From positions 62,001-121,869 of the forward strand of contig JAAILG010000231.1 of the NCBI GenBank assembly GCA_012026655.1: a DNA stretch of 59,869 nucleotides, given 5' to 3'. The translations under genes and the position numbers were made by a program. Positions 39,015 through 51,150 of the stretch are shown piece after piece (position 1 is the stretch's first letter; every line of letters starts with the position of its first letter). Source of the DNA: Hydrolagus affinis (lineage: Eukaryota). The notes below the pieces were generated by a model. The model saw only the letters and a list, made by a program, of their open reading frames with translations, had not been told where the DNA came from and did not search any database.

Positions 39015-40193
39015 CTGAAGAGAAAACACACACATTAAATTTGTTTTAAGGGAAAAAAATGAAACATAATTAGTTGAAAATCTATATGGCAACACTGTCT
39101 TGTTGCTCGACCTAAACACATTAAGATTTCTCATCCTGGAGTTCACTTTCTTGACAATCACATTGCCTGTGTTTTTACACATGTTCCAAATTGCTGAAGC
39201 ACACATTTCCTCACACAGGATTTATAAACAAAGTTCATAAAAAAAAGAGACTTGCATGGCATATGGGGATGATTTGTATAATTAGGCCTTACAATGTACT
39301 TAGTATTACTGTATCAAAACAGAAGAAATCCAAGCAACCATATTAGCTAATTGGCCAGAATACTTTACAAATGACAGCAACTTCCACCATGAAATCTACC
39401 AAAATACTGATTTGTACATGAGATCACCATATGTTAAAAAAGTTTGAATCCCAACGTTCTATGTTTTTGTTCTCTTTCCTGCATGCTTTTCTCTTCAGAT
39501 TTTCTTTCATGTTCAAGTTATCCAGTCGATCAAGAAGTAGAAGTTTCCTGTTATTAACAATCCACATTAGTTCAATTATAGCAGTGACTGAAGTCTCTTG
39601 TATTTTTGAAAAACAGCAGCAACTAATTTAATTGACTGAAGGATTTTTAAAGTACACTACTGCTTAAAAAGTAATGCTTCAGTTTCAGACTTTCTTGCAG
39701 CCAGAATATTTGTGTCCTGACTTCGATGTGAATGTGGACGCTTCAGTGATGTTTTATTATAATATATTCAAACCATTGTGATTCTTTTACATTCTGTGTT
39801 AGTAATTATTGATGCAGACCCTTGATCTCCCACATTTTTATAGACAATTAAATCTAATGGTGTGTAATGATTTACACTTGCAAAACATTGCACTACAATG
39901 TAATGCTATTTATATGTAACTTCTACAGCATCCAATTAAAAAACAGAATGATTGTTACACAAAAGCATGGCAGATGGTCAAACAATACTTTCTTCCTAAA
40001 GCCCAATTACTGGAGTGTTGTAACAGATGTATTGGCTTAGTTTCGATGAAAGTTTTGCATGAGGAAATGAGATGTATTAGTGTAAAAACAACATGAAAGT
40101 CCACTGCTTACTCATACACTAATGTTGCTTGGTTTCTGATCATTCTCCTGCTGCGTATCTGATATTGGCCCACAATTCAGGTGAAATAATTAC

Positions 40194-40358
40194 CTCCTTT
40201 GCAGGAATAATATTTTTCACATTGAAGTAAAATCCAAAGTAGATCATGTTGAATATGCCGTGGCGACCCAATGTTGCTGTTAGTCCCTTGTTGAGGCCTT
40301 GCAGTCCAAAGCCCTGGGAGTTGACAATTTCTCGTGCGTATGCAAATGCGGATGGTTG
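40194..40358 (-). CDS. SLC25A21: SLC25A21 exon (165 bp)
   Basis: QPSAFAYAREIVNSQGFGLQGLNKGLTATLGRHGIFNMIYFGFYFNVKNIIPAKE, AG/GT ends. Confidence 0.95.
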
Positions 40359-40649
40359 CTGTATCAAAACAAATGTCATACTGAAGGTTTTTTTCCTCCC
40401 CACCAAAAGGAAAATAAAAATAAATACAACATTTGAAATCCAACTGCTTTCAGGTCTTTATGTGCCTTAAGAAAGGAAACACAAAGTTTGTACAAAGGTT
40501 GAATAATTGACACAAATCATGACCTTGTAAAACAAAACTAAATGTTTTTTGGTTATGTTGAAACTTTTATTTATTCACCAGCATTTTACTTTGAAACCTA
40601 ATCAGTGTTGTTTACTAAACTCAAATGAAACATTGCCAAGGGTTTCCTG

Positions 40650-41125
40650 ATTATGGGCAAGTTCAGAGCCATATAGAGCAGGTTCAAAGTCAAAAACATG
40701 TGGCTGTTTTAGCTGATCTTAGTCCTAACATAGAAGAGCTAATACAATTGGCCTCCAGTTGAGGTGGTAAATGGGATTAGATTAGATGGTTTATGCAGAG
40801 ATAAACACTAGTGCAGATGAGATGGGCCAAATGGCCTCTTTCTGTCCTGTAACATTCTATGATTGCTATTTCAGTGACCTCTACTGGAAGACAAACATCA
40901 AGACTGGTCTGGGACTAGCTATGATGCTTTCTATCCATGATTAAAGACCTACCCACCTCACACATGAGAAATGAAGGTCATGATTTTAAGCAATAGTGTA
41001 CTTTAAAATCCTTCAGTCAAAAATGTCCATGGTCAAATTGCTGGAGGTGGCTGGAGCCTTTAGAACCATTTCCCTGCATGAGTCATTATTTTAAGAGAGG
41101 AGAAATTAGGAGGAGGAAATTCTGA
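40650..41125 (+). mobile_element. old LF-SINE-like element interrupted by a CR1 3' end (about 40785-40863)
   Basis: Blocks TAGCTGATCT, TACAATTGGCCTC, GCTATTTCAGTGACCTCTACTGGAA, CTCACACATGAGAAATG and GCATGAGTCA recall the LF-SINE consensus in order (from memory). The insert ends GATGGGCCAAATGGCCTC...ATTCTATGATT. Confidence 0.6.
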
Positions 41126-42096
41126 CTTGAAAAAAGTTATTTCACTTCCTATTTTTCCCTTTCCCATTGTGGCCTCAACCTCGCAGACCAGATGGTCAGG
41201 ACTGTACTGTAGATTCTTCTTCAACAGCAGCTGTCAGATCAGCTCCATGTTGCTGGAGGGCAATAATATGCAAAGAAGTACAGTGTGAGCCTGACTGGGC
41301 ACAAGGGAGGATGGCGGCAAAAGTGACTGAGTAGAAACAACTGTCTAAGAGGAAAATAGACAAAATGGAAAAGAGGGAAATAGACAAAATGGGAAGAGGC
41401 ATTCAGCTACATGACAGCGGAAAAGAACAACAATGGCCTAAGAGGAAGTGCCTGTGTCCCATCCCGCTAATGCCAGTTAGCAGAGATACTCTGGAACACC
41501 CTTCCCCTATCCCTCCGTCTTTCCCCTTCCTTCTCCAACGTCACTTTCCACTTCGGTTACCTCCTCCCACCCACTCCGGCTCGGCATCATGCCCTGCCAT
41601 TTTCATGCACTCTGGGACGTTACCCTGTGTGAGGGGCACCATATAAATACAAGCTGTTTTCTGTAATAAGCAGACAAGCAATAATCTCTTCTGTGCTTTA
41701 ACTATTTTAGTTTTTGACAATACTGTGCTCTGGAAGAAAACTAAGGAAGGCTTTATGCAGAATTCCCTATCTCCAGTTCCCTTCTGCAATCATCGATTGG
41801 GGGTAGGGGATAAGGGGTAAGTTCTTCCTATTGTTATAGTTAATTAATTCTCTCACTTGGATATATAGATAGAACAGTTCTGACTAGAATCTTTCAGCAC
41901 GGGTTATTTTAATGAGCTGATTTGTTTAAAAGGTTCTCTTTCAAAATACTGTACTGTTGAATCCATGGCCTCAGCCAAATGAACCCTTCATATATCCGGT
42001 TGGAAACCAAGGCAGAGGTGAAGGATGCGTTCAAATTACATGCTGTTCAGAGGGACAACATGTTTTACTTGTCAATAAACCAATGAAAATAATAGA

Positions 42097-42460
42097 AATA
42101 ATAATAATAATCCTTGCATTTGATATAGCGCTATATCACGTCTTTGAGACCTTTCAAAGAGCTTCACAGAATTTACTATAAAGTGAATTCACTGTATATT
42201 TTGTGGGCAAAATGCAGTAGTCAATTGTGCACAGCAGTGTCCCACAAACAGTCGTGCATTGAGTGACCAAATTTTAAAAAAAAGAAGTTATTACCCCGGA
42301 AAAGCGATCTGCCGTTCAAGTAACAACTGGGTTCCTATACTGTTAAGTAAACAGAGGTGTATTGAGTAAGGAAACTTGGCCACGTTTTGTCCTGCCGGGA
42401 ATCAAACCCAGGTCTCTCGCTTGTGAGGCAAGTGCCCTAACCAATGAGCTACAGGACTCC
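42097..42460 (-). mobile_element. full-length tRNA-derived SINE
   Basis: Head GGAGTCCTGTAGCTCATTGGTTAG...GGTTTGATTCCC (A/B boxes), family body and (ATT)n tail. Confidence 0.85.
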
Positions 42461-42809
42461 ACAACTAATGATATTAGTTATCTAAGGATGTGGACAATTA
42501 TGTTCGCAATACGTTTCTCTCGCTCAGAACTGCCACTGCACGTAGCTGTATATATGTGGAGATCATATCAGTTTTAACTATTTCAGTGCCAGCCTTGTTG
42601 CACTAAAGATAACCATCATTTAAAAAAGCTTGTATTTTTGGGTTTCCCATTTAGTTGACCAAAATATGGTATAGAATTTACAATTTATTTCATGGAGCAA
42701 GTAAATATGATCTGCTTCCTAAATATAAATCACCTCTCAATCTGACTTTGTGGATTCAAGCGTCATGTCGGGATTTGTAAGTCACCGTCTAAATTGACAC
42801 TTCAATATA

Positions 42810-43130
42810 GTGTTGAATTGTTGGAGGATGTGTCCTTCAGATAAGATGTTAAACCGAGTTCCCATCTCCCTGTTCAGGTCGAAGTTATAGATCCCATGGC
42901 ACAACTCAAAAAGAAAAAGGGAAATTCTTCCAGTGTGCTTTTATTCACTTGAATAAAAATTGGCCTTCGCTTCATGGCTGTTTGTGGGATACGTTGTAAA
43001 CAAATTGGCTGTTGCGTTCATCTACAAATATGTCACTACATTTCACAGAAAAATCCAGTGAAGCACTTTAAGATGTCTTGGCAATGTGAAGGGTGCTGTA
43101 TCAAATACTGTACCAAGATTGTTATTATTA
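42810..43130 (+). mobile_element. Deu-domain SINE (SacSINE1/AmnSINE-like)
   Basis: GATAAGATGTTAAACCGAG...TTCAGGT...GATCCCATGGCAC (Deu domain), then GCTGTTTGTGGGA...AAATTGGCTG and an L2-like tail. Confidence 0.75.
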
Positions 43131-43935
43131 TAAAATGGGGTCTGAAGTAAAGGGGAATGAGTTCATTGGATTTCTTAATAACAACAACTGCAAAATTACA
43201 TTTGTATAACGTGTCTTTCACTTCGGGAGGATGCCCCAAGGCACTGGAATAAGATCATGAGTCATGCAGATGATTAGCCCTTCTACCTGTTGGTATGGCA
43301 CGATGACTTGTGGGACACCCCACTATACTGTAATCTACTTCTTGGAGCAGAGTTCACTTGATTCCATGATTGCTCAACTGAATTTCTTATTAAGGAATGA
43401 AACCCCACATATTAGACTGTATGGATTTTTTTTATTTCCCAGAATACGAAAGCTCAGTGTTGGCAAGTAACAGCCTACACCGTACAAGAGGAACCTTTGT
43501 AAACAGTAAAATCTGCATCGGTCGTATCAATCAGGAACATAACATTTAATATGACTTACATGAAGTCTGAGTTATTTGTACAAGTCGGATTTTTTACGAG
43601 CAACACATGACAGTAAACAAGTACCTCATTTTCCATGCTTGTTTAAACAGACTATGCGGTACTTCAGCACTGCAGCCAATGTGTTAGCATGCGGTGATGG
43701 GTTCAAGACTTGTTTCCCATGCTTGCTTTAAGCAGAACAGTGCGAATGTGTATTTCAATGCAGCCGGTAAGTGTCATAGTGACATTACAAGTTAGGAGAT
43801 GATTTGCATTGGATTTGGGATTATTTGGGATCACAAAATCATTACAATTTAACCAGTTTTCCAATTTATAAAATATGATGAGTGCAAACAAATCAGAAGG
43901 TTTTTTTTAACTGAAGGGGACTTGGGTGCGTGTGT

Positions 43936-44280
43936 GGAGTCCTGTAGCTTAGTGGTTAGAGCTTGGGTTTGTTTCCCTGCAGGATGAAATGTTGGGCAAG
44001 TTTCCTTATTTCACATGCCTCTGTTTACCTAGCGGTAAGTAGGAACTTAGTTGTTGGCAATTGGCGGATCACTTTTCCGGTGTAATAATTCCTTCAAAAA
44101 ATTATAATAATAATTTGGCCACTCAATCCTTGATTGTTTGTGGACCACGGCTGTGCACAATTGGCTGCTGTATTTAGCCCACAAAAAATACAGTAAAATC
44201 ACGTTAACAGTGTATTCTGTGAATTGCTTTGAGAGACGTCTCAAAGGCCCTCTATCAAATGCAAGAATTATTATTATTAT
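43936..44280 (+). mobile_element. tRNA-derived SINE
   Basis: Same family as 42097-42460 in the opposite orientation, with (ATT)n tail. Confidence 0.85.
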
Positions 44281-44392
44281 GTATGACTCAGGCGATAATA
44301 TGATTTATAGAAATAACTCAAGTTTTACTGTACAAAATTAAATTGAGCAGCAGAATTATAATATCAAATAAAAATAGTTCTATGATACTGAC

Positions 44393-44500
44393 CTCAGAAA
44401 ATGCATTCCGCTGGGCCTGTAAACTGACCTTAACCACTTCGAAAGGGTTTACAACAATTGCTTCTGTGAGTCCAGATCCCAAACCAGAAATCATAAAAAT
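44393..44500 (-). CDS. SLC25A21: SLC25A21 exon (108 bp)
   Basis: IFMISGLGSGLTEAIVVNPFEVVKVSLQAQRNAFSE, with carrier signature PxExxK, acceptor TTTTTAG| and donor |GTCAGT. Confidence 0.95.
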
Positions 44501-44949
44501 CTAAAAAAAATTCAACTAACATTCAATTCAAAGATGTAGCAGAGTAACATCAGCTGTAAAAGTGGCACTACTTTCTGGAGACACTGAATTGCAGATTAGG
44601 GGCAAGTAGCATAGCTGCTGCACCTTGTTTAGCAGAAATAAAATCATGTTTAAATTTTAATAAAAATTTTAACAAATAAAATTGGTCACTCACTCAATTG
44701 CTGTTTGTGGGACATTGCTGTACGGAACTTGCAACCGTGTTTTACCCACAGAATACACAGTCACCAGACTTTACAGGACATGCTGAGAAGTACATTGAAA
44801 CATCTTGGCGACATGATAAGAAGCTTTATTACATGCAACAATTATTATTTTAGCAGCGTGGAGTGAAATGTTGAAAAAAATGCAGTCTTCCATTTTGGAG
44901 ACCTGAGGGAAGCATGTAAAAAAAATTATGGGCTTAAGGCTGTTAAATA

Positions 44950-45686
44950 CAGTAAAAGCCCGTTTATCCGGCACCCGCGGGACCTGGCCAATGCCGGTTA
45001 AAGCGCCTGCTGGATATTCGGGCAGTCCGCAGCCGAAAACCCAGAACAAAAAAAGTTAAGTTCTTTTAACACACACCATACATACCAGACTAAATAATAA
45101 CAGATAATAACATAATATTGTATTGGTACTTATTGTTAAAACTACTCTCTTGTGCTTCTCACCTTTACTGATTAAGGTTTACACGTCCAGAGATTCTTTT
45201 TTAAATGGAGGACGCCAAGCGGGTGAAAAAAACGGCAGCACGATTTTAAAGTCTTGCGACTTTACTTGCGGCAAGCCTATAGCCCTAGACTCTATTAGCA
45301 GCAAACCAAAATACTACACCTGCATGACAATGTGGGTTATCGGCTAGCGTTATCAGCTTGCCGCTAGTATGGCTTTAAAATCGCGCTCTGTTTTTTTCAC
45401 CTGCTTGGTGTGCTCCATTTTAAAAAGAATCGCTGGACTATAAACCTCAACCGCAGCATCATGGCTTCAAGCACAGCATCTACTAGTAAAAGTGAGAAGC
45501 GCAAAAGAGTAGTTTTAACAATAAGTACGAATACAATATTGTTATGTTATTATTTATGTATTTACAAATGCTCCACTGCTATTGTTCCGGATAAGTTCCG
45601 GTTTATCGAATGGGGACTTTTTGGGGGGCGTGCCGGTTATATGGAAGTGCCGGTTCATCGAGTCATGGATAAACGGGCTTCTACTG
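44950..45686. mobile_element. non-autonomous Tigger/pogo-type DNA transposon (MITE)
   Basis: TIRs CAGTAAAAGCCCGTTTATCC and GGATAAACGGGCTTCTACTG, TA duplications at 44948-49 and 45687-88, and a transposase N-terminal remnant MASS...KRKRVVLTI at 45461-45523. Confidence 0.9.
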
Positions 45687-46411
45687 TACATTGTAAAACA
45701 AATCATGTAGATGAGCAGGAGGAGGGAATATGGTCCATTGAAGTCAGCAATAGAACAGCCTCATGGGCTTGCACTTGGTTTAAGGAGTATTCATGATAAA
45801 CATGATGCATCGTAAACAGCTGGTGATAAAATTTATTCCACCTTGCAACATTTTCTGTAATGTGAATGCTCTTTTTTTTCCACAAATTATTAACAACAAA
45901 AGTAACAAAATACACATTGAACAGACTCAAAATCCATGAGATAATTGTCACCATGGAATCAAACTGTCTGGTGGAATGCTTCAGTTGATAATGTACACAG
46001 GAATCTGGTGTCTGACTACCAATGTCTAAATAGAAATTTAATATCTTAATCTCATTTAACTGCAGTTTTATTAGTCAATGAGTGGACAGAGGATGCCATT
46101 GAAACTAAGATGCCTGCACTTTTGTTCAATACAAAAACATTTTATGTGTAAAACAGTGTTGGTAAATTTATCTCGCCATTTTGGTTTCATAAGAGGCATC
46201 CTAAAAAGATCACCAGCCATAAATACCTGAAAATATCTCACCCTTCAAAATTGCTGTTCTTGTCTCTTCTGATTTGTGTTTCTAATTTATTATGTGGAAC
46301 TGATGGCTTTAAGAAAAAATATATTTGCTCTAAAGAGCTGATCAGTGTTTCTTGAGCAAGGCAGCATTGTAGGAAATGAGTGTCGATGAATCTTCAATTA
46401 AATCAATTACT

Positions 46412-46710
46412 TAATAATAATAATCCTTGCATTTGATGTTACGCTTTTTACATCTTCTAGACATCTCAAAGCGCTTCACAAATTGTATTGTAAAATGAAT
46501 TGACTGTACATTTGTGGGCAAAATGCAGCAGTCAATTGTGCACAGCTGTGTCCCACAAACAGCCGTGGATTGAAGTGACCAAATTATTATTGTTTTTTTT
46601 CTTGAGGGATTATTATCAGGAGTGTTGAATAAGGAAACTTGCCAAAGATTCCCTGCCAGGAATCGAACCCGAGTCTCTCACTTGCGAGACGAATGCTCTA
46701 ACTACTGATA
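46412..46710 (-). mobile_element. tRNA-derived SINE, internally shortened
   Basis: B-box GGTTCGATTCC on -, family body and tail. Confidence 0.85.
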
Positions 46711-47237
46711 CAAAATGCTTTTCGGATCATGGCACAGACAATTCAATAGTGATTCGCAAAAGCTCAGCAGTGGAGATTTTGGTTAATCAACTAATTTTGT
46801 GTGAACCTTTAAGCCCTGATTCCTTTGGCATTGAGCATTAATTGAACAACGGATCAGATAACAAAAAGTACTGTAGTATAAAATGAAGTTTCCTTGTTTC
46901 TGCTGTGTGCTGTTGACTTATTTTTTAGTATGTTCTCCAGGCAAGAGACAGTTAAAGATTGTAGCACTTCAGATTTCCGTGGTCGAATAAACTGGTGGAT
47001 TGGGTTCAATATGTTGGATGACCTCCCTCTTCTTGTTTTCCAATGTTTCTTAATACAGTACTGTACAGAGCAATCGGATTCAGTGAATTTCCTTTTTGTC
47101 CCCAAGAAATGCAGATTGCTTGCTACGAGAGAGGCTTTAAATATACAAATGTTCCACTATGGATTCGGGTTGTTCTGTCTGAAGCGATTGAAATTGGCTT
47201 TAATGTCTTTCAATCTGCTTCACAGAATTACGTAGAC

Positions 47238-47335
47238 TGATAGAGCACAGAACTGGCCATTCAGCCCAACTGGTCCGTGACGGTGTTTATATTCACACAA
47301 GCCTGCACCCCTCCTATTCCCTGCTCTCATACCCC
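47238..47335 (-). mobile_element. CR1 LINE 3' terminus
   Basis: GCACAGAACTGGCCATTCAGCCCAAC is the reverse complement of the CR1 terminal GGGCTGAATGGCC motif. Confidence 0.65.
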
Positions 47336-48168
47336 TGATATTTAAATTTGTCGGTGATTCCAATGTGGTCTGCCAGGTTGGACATACAGTCACTATTCTT
47401 GACAGTAATTATCTTTGAAATACAATGTGATTTTGCAAAGTAATAAGCCATTACAAAATGTAGGCTCTTGCTTTCTGCTCAGAAAGATTTTCTTTTTAAA
47501 TGCGATACAACTCAATATTTTACAGGTAACCTTTAAAAATCTTCAACTTATCCTTCTCTTAGACCATCCACATTAAGATGGGTCAAAACATGGGCACTCA
47601 AAGTACCTGTAGAACCCTTCCCTGAAAGTCTGTACACAAGTCGAGTGACCCAGTAGTAAGCAGATTTTTGCAAGAGCAGGTTTTAGCCTAGTGCCAGTAA
47701 CTGTAGCTGCCAAGCAGGTTTTTGCATGGAGCTCATCCTAATCTAACTCCCCATAGTTCCTAAATACACACTCACAGGTAAACAGGAAGACGAAAGCTGG
47801 AATTCAAGAAACAAAGACACTAATCCTTGCACTGAGTGACAGCTCATGAACAAACTTACAGCGAAAACCTTTTTTTTATTCGGGTATTCAAACGTAATAA
47901 TATACAGAACTTTGACCGACTGTAATGTGACTTTACAAGGAGAAATGTCTTTCGATTGAAGTCTTTGAAGCTATAAAGTATATTTAACTATTACTAACAA
48001 CAGATTTTTAAATGAAACCATGTGTTGCGTCAATGGATTTATTGTTGGAATATGATAACAAATTGTTCACATTTGTATCAACATCTTGAAGAAAGTGTCT
48101 TGCGTCACCACAACCAGTTGAAAGGCTGGGTGCATTGAAGGAGGGTGCATTGCAGATTTTGTACTTAC

Positions 48169-48228
48169 CAGATTAGATGGCAAAGAAGTATAATTCAAAA
48201 TCTTCTTATATTGTTCAAAGGTGAAAAA
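48169..48228 (-). CDS. SLC25A21: SLC25A21 exon (60 bp)
   Basis: TTTTTCAG|FFTFEQYKKILNYTSLPSNL|GTAAGT. Confidence 0.93.
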
Positions 48229-50929
48229 CTGAAAAACAAACCATAAGTACGCAGTCATCAATTGCAGAAAATTTACAGAGAATTTACGGTTTGTCTGCTT
48301 TTATAGCAGGAAAGCACTACTGTGATCATTGATTCTACAAGTGTGAGCAGAAACTGAACAACAAAGAGAAGTAAATATGTTCAATAACATTCAGAACATT
48401 AACAGAGTGTACTGCAGACTATATTTCAAAACATTGCACAATATCTTTCCTTCTCAATATAAGTCAGAAGTACACATGGGATGTAAAATAAAGGCTGCGT
48501 TTTTCTGATGAGCACACCAATAAAAAACATCAATGATACTTTTTTTTTGATCAGCTAAAAGTCTGAAACCTGTATAAATGCATCACCATGCTTCAGAGTA
48601 TCCAAACCAAACTTCTATGCATCCCGCCTACATATGGAAATTGGAATGGAATGTTCACCATCTCTCTTGAGGGATGTACCTTGCTTACCTAATTCCGGAG
48701 AGTATTAAGTGCAGGTTGGTAAGAGCCAAGCCTTTGAAACTCCAGAGTGTGTGTTTGTATATACAGTGTTGTTGGTTTGCGGGCAGTTCAGATCCACAAG
48801 CACTAAGAAATACATGGTAAAGTCTTGAGATTTTAGCTTCAGAACAGGTAGCTACCACCCCATAAGTTATCAGGTCGCTGTCTGGGATTCACTCCAACAA
48901 GGTAAGTCAATGGCCACATTCCAATCAAAATCATCCAACAATACAAACCTTTCTGCAAGCAACATTCAGAGCTGCAAGATATCAAATAAACTTGTCAAAT
49001 CAGAAGAAGCCATAGCCTCACTTTGAATCTTCTAGAAGACTTTTATATCTTCTAGGCCACTTTTTTTTTATTAGCATTACTGCTGCAAGTAGTGTAAACC
49101 ACTCACTAGGGAAAGGCAAGTGAAGCGATTTTAGCTGGTTAGACTCCAGGTATACCTCAACGTACATTTTGGGTACCCAAACATTGGCTTTTGCCAACCA
49201 TCGCCTAATATTCTCTGGATGCAGGTGGGGAGAGTGCACATTCCATTCCAATAAACAACTGTAGAATTTCCATTCTCTGCTTGGAACTCTCAATTTGGTT
49301 TGAACACTATTAAGCGTGACAATGAGTTTCTGCGTTTGTCATACAAGTGACTGAACAAAACAAGGGAAGGGATGTTCGGGAGTTGGGTTCTGAATTGTTA
49401 TTATCAGCCTTTGAACTACCCCATTCCTTCAGGCTGTCTCACCCTCTTTTCGAGTCCTGTTACTGGCATGAACGACAGTGGAGAAGCACAGATTGGTTGC
49501 ATTTACAACTACCAAATGAAAATTCAGTATAACATTTGGCAGTAACATGCATAATACTGTTTAGGCAAATCGATAGTCACACTAAAAAACAATGATGTTT
49601 CCAACATCAGTTTAATCAGTGGCCCTCTGCTGATCTGTGAGCGGTTGCTAGGTCCTGACAATACATTGCTTCTCTTCTCTTGATAGTTGTGACAACTGAG
49701 TGAAAAGCACACCGGCGCAGGAAGGAATATATCATGTTATCAACAAAAGAGGCTTATGTCTCTTTAACACCATGGAGGTGGGTTCCAATACAAACAAAAC
49801 TGCAAGGTGAAAATGTGTCGAAATGATCTTAAGATTGTTGTTTGTCAGAAAAAGCAAAAACAGAAATAATATAAGCCACGCTTGCAATTCAAGCATTGGC
49901 ATTGACTGATGAAATAGTTGGCACGACAGAAAGAATTTTGAAGCCCATTCAGTTAGTAAGAAAAATATATAATAGTTGCCTAAGTGGAATGTTTCCAGAG
50001 TTTATGAGCAGGCAAGAACATTGTGCCCTGCCACAAAATATGTTGGAAAAATTGTCAGGAAAAAAATAAATCAGTTCAAAGAATGTGATTATTCTTAGGT
50101 CATGCTGGTTAAAAACATACCAAAGGGTTAGACCAGCATTCAGTCTACAAAATTAGAATAATCTTATACAGCTGCCATTGTAAATCCCTTCTTCCTAAAA
50201 ATGTAACCAATTTTATTGCTGATGAAATACAATTGGTCATTCACTTCATGGCTGTTTGTGGGATAACTGGTACTCAAATTGGCTGCTGCATTAGCCTACA
50301 AAGTATACTGCACTTCACCGAAAAAAGTGCTTTGAGACATCCTCCTAATGTCTTCTTACATTGTAAATGTAAGTTAGACTATTTATCGTAAATGTAAGTT
50401 AGACCCTATAAAGGGTCGATATGAAAGGACAAATGGCGAGGTGGCGAATTATTAAATGTATAACAGTATATTTTATGGAGGAAGAAGAATCTGCGAAGGT
50501 TATGGAGGAATGGCATCAAAAGTAGACTAGGTTATGGTTAAGAAAATGTTGAAAGCTGAAAATGTTAAAATCAGAAGAGTGACGTGCAGAAAAAACTGCA
50601 CAAAATTGGGCATTGCAGTCTACAGTTTTGTTATCAGGAGAAAGGAATCTAAATGTTAACAATGACTAACTTTGAGGAAATGCACAAGGCACTTTTGTAA
50701 ATCCTCCAAGAGTAAACTAAATATGTAACACATTTGGAGATTTGTGCCCAATTTCTTAAATGGTAGAAAGATTTTCTAAGAAACCACACAGGAAGGTATA
50801 ATGACAAAATATGTAGTACAGGAGTTGGTTTTGTTTTGTATTTTCTGACGAGGTAATTTGTCGCATACAATATTTATAACAGCTAAATAAGCAAAAGCAA
50901 GTGTTGTCACAATCAGATTAATAATAATA

Positions 50930-51150
50930 ATAAAAATGCAAAATACTGCAGATGCTGGAAATCTGAAACAAAAACAGTACTCGCTGGGAACACTCAGCAG
51001 GTCAAGCAGCATCTATGGCGAAAGGAAAAGAGAGTCAATGTTTCGGGTCAGAACTGACGAAGGATCGTGAACCTAAAACATTGACTCACTTTTCGTTTTT
51101 CCATAGATGCTACCTGACCTGTTGAGTGTTCCCAGCGATTTCTTTTTTTG
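50930..51150. mobile_element. palindromic Penelope-like terminal element with decayed hammerhead motif
   Basis: Inverted arms of about 70 bp (50981-51049 and about 51070-51138), CTGACGA...AAAACATTGAC at 51054-51085, and a possible TSD TTAATAATAATA/TTAATGATAATA. Confidence 0.75.

Noticed and set aside
42385-42460. tRNA-like sequences (also at 11080, 43936, 46650 and 54750)
   Set aside because: These are SINE heads attached to the family body and tail; the cloverleafs are degenerate.
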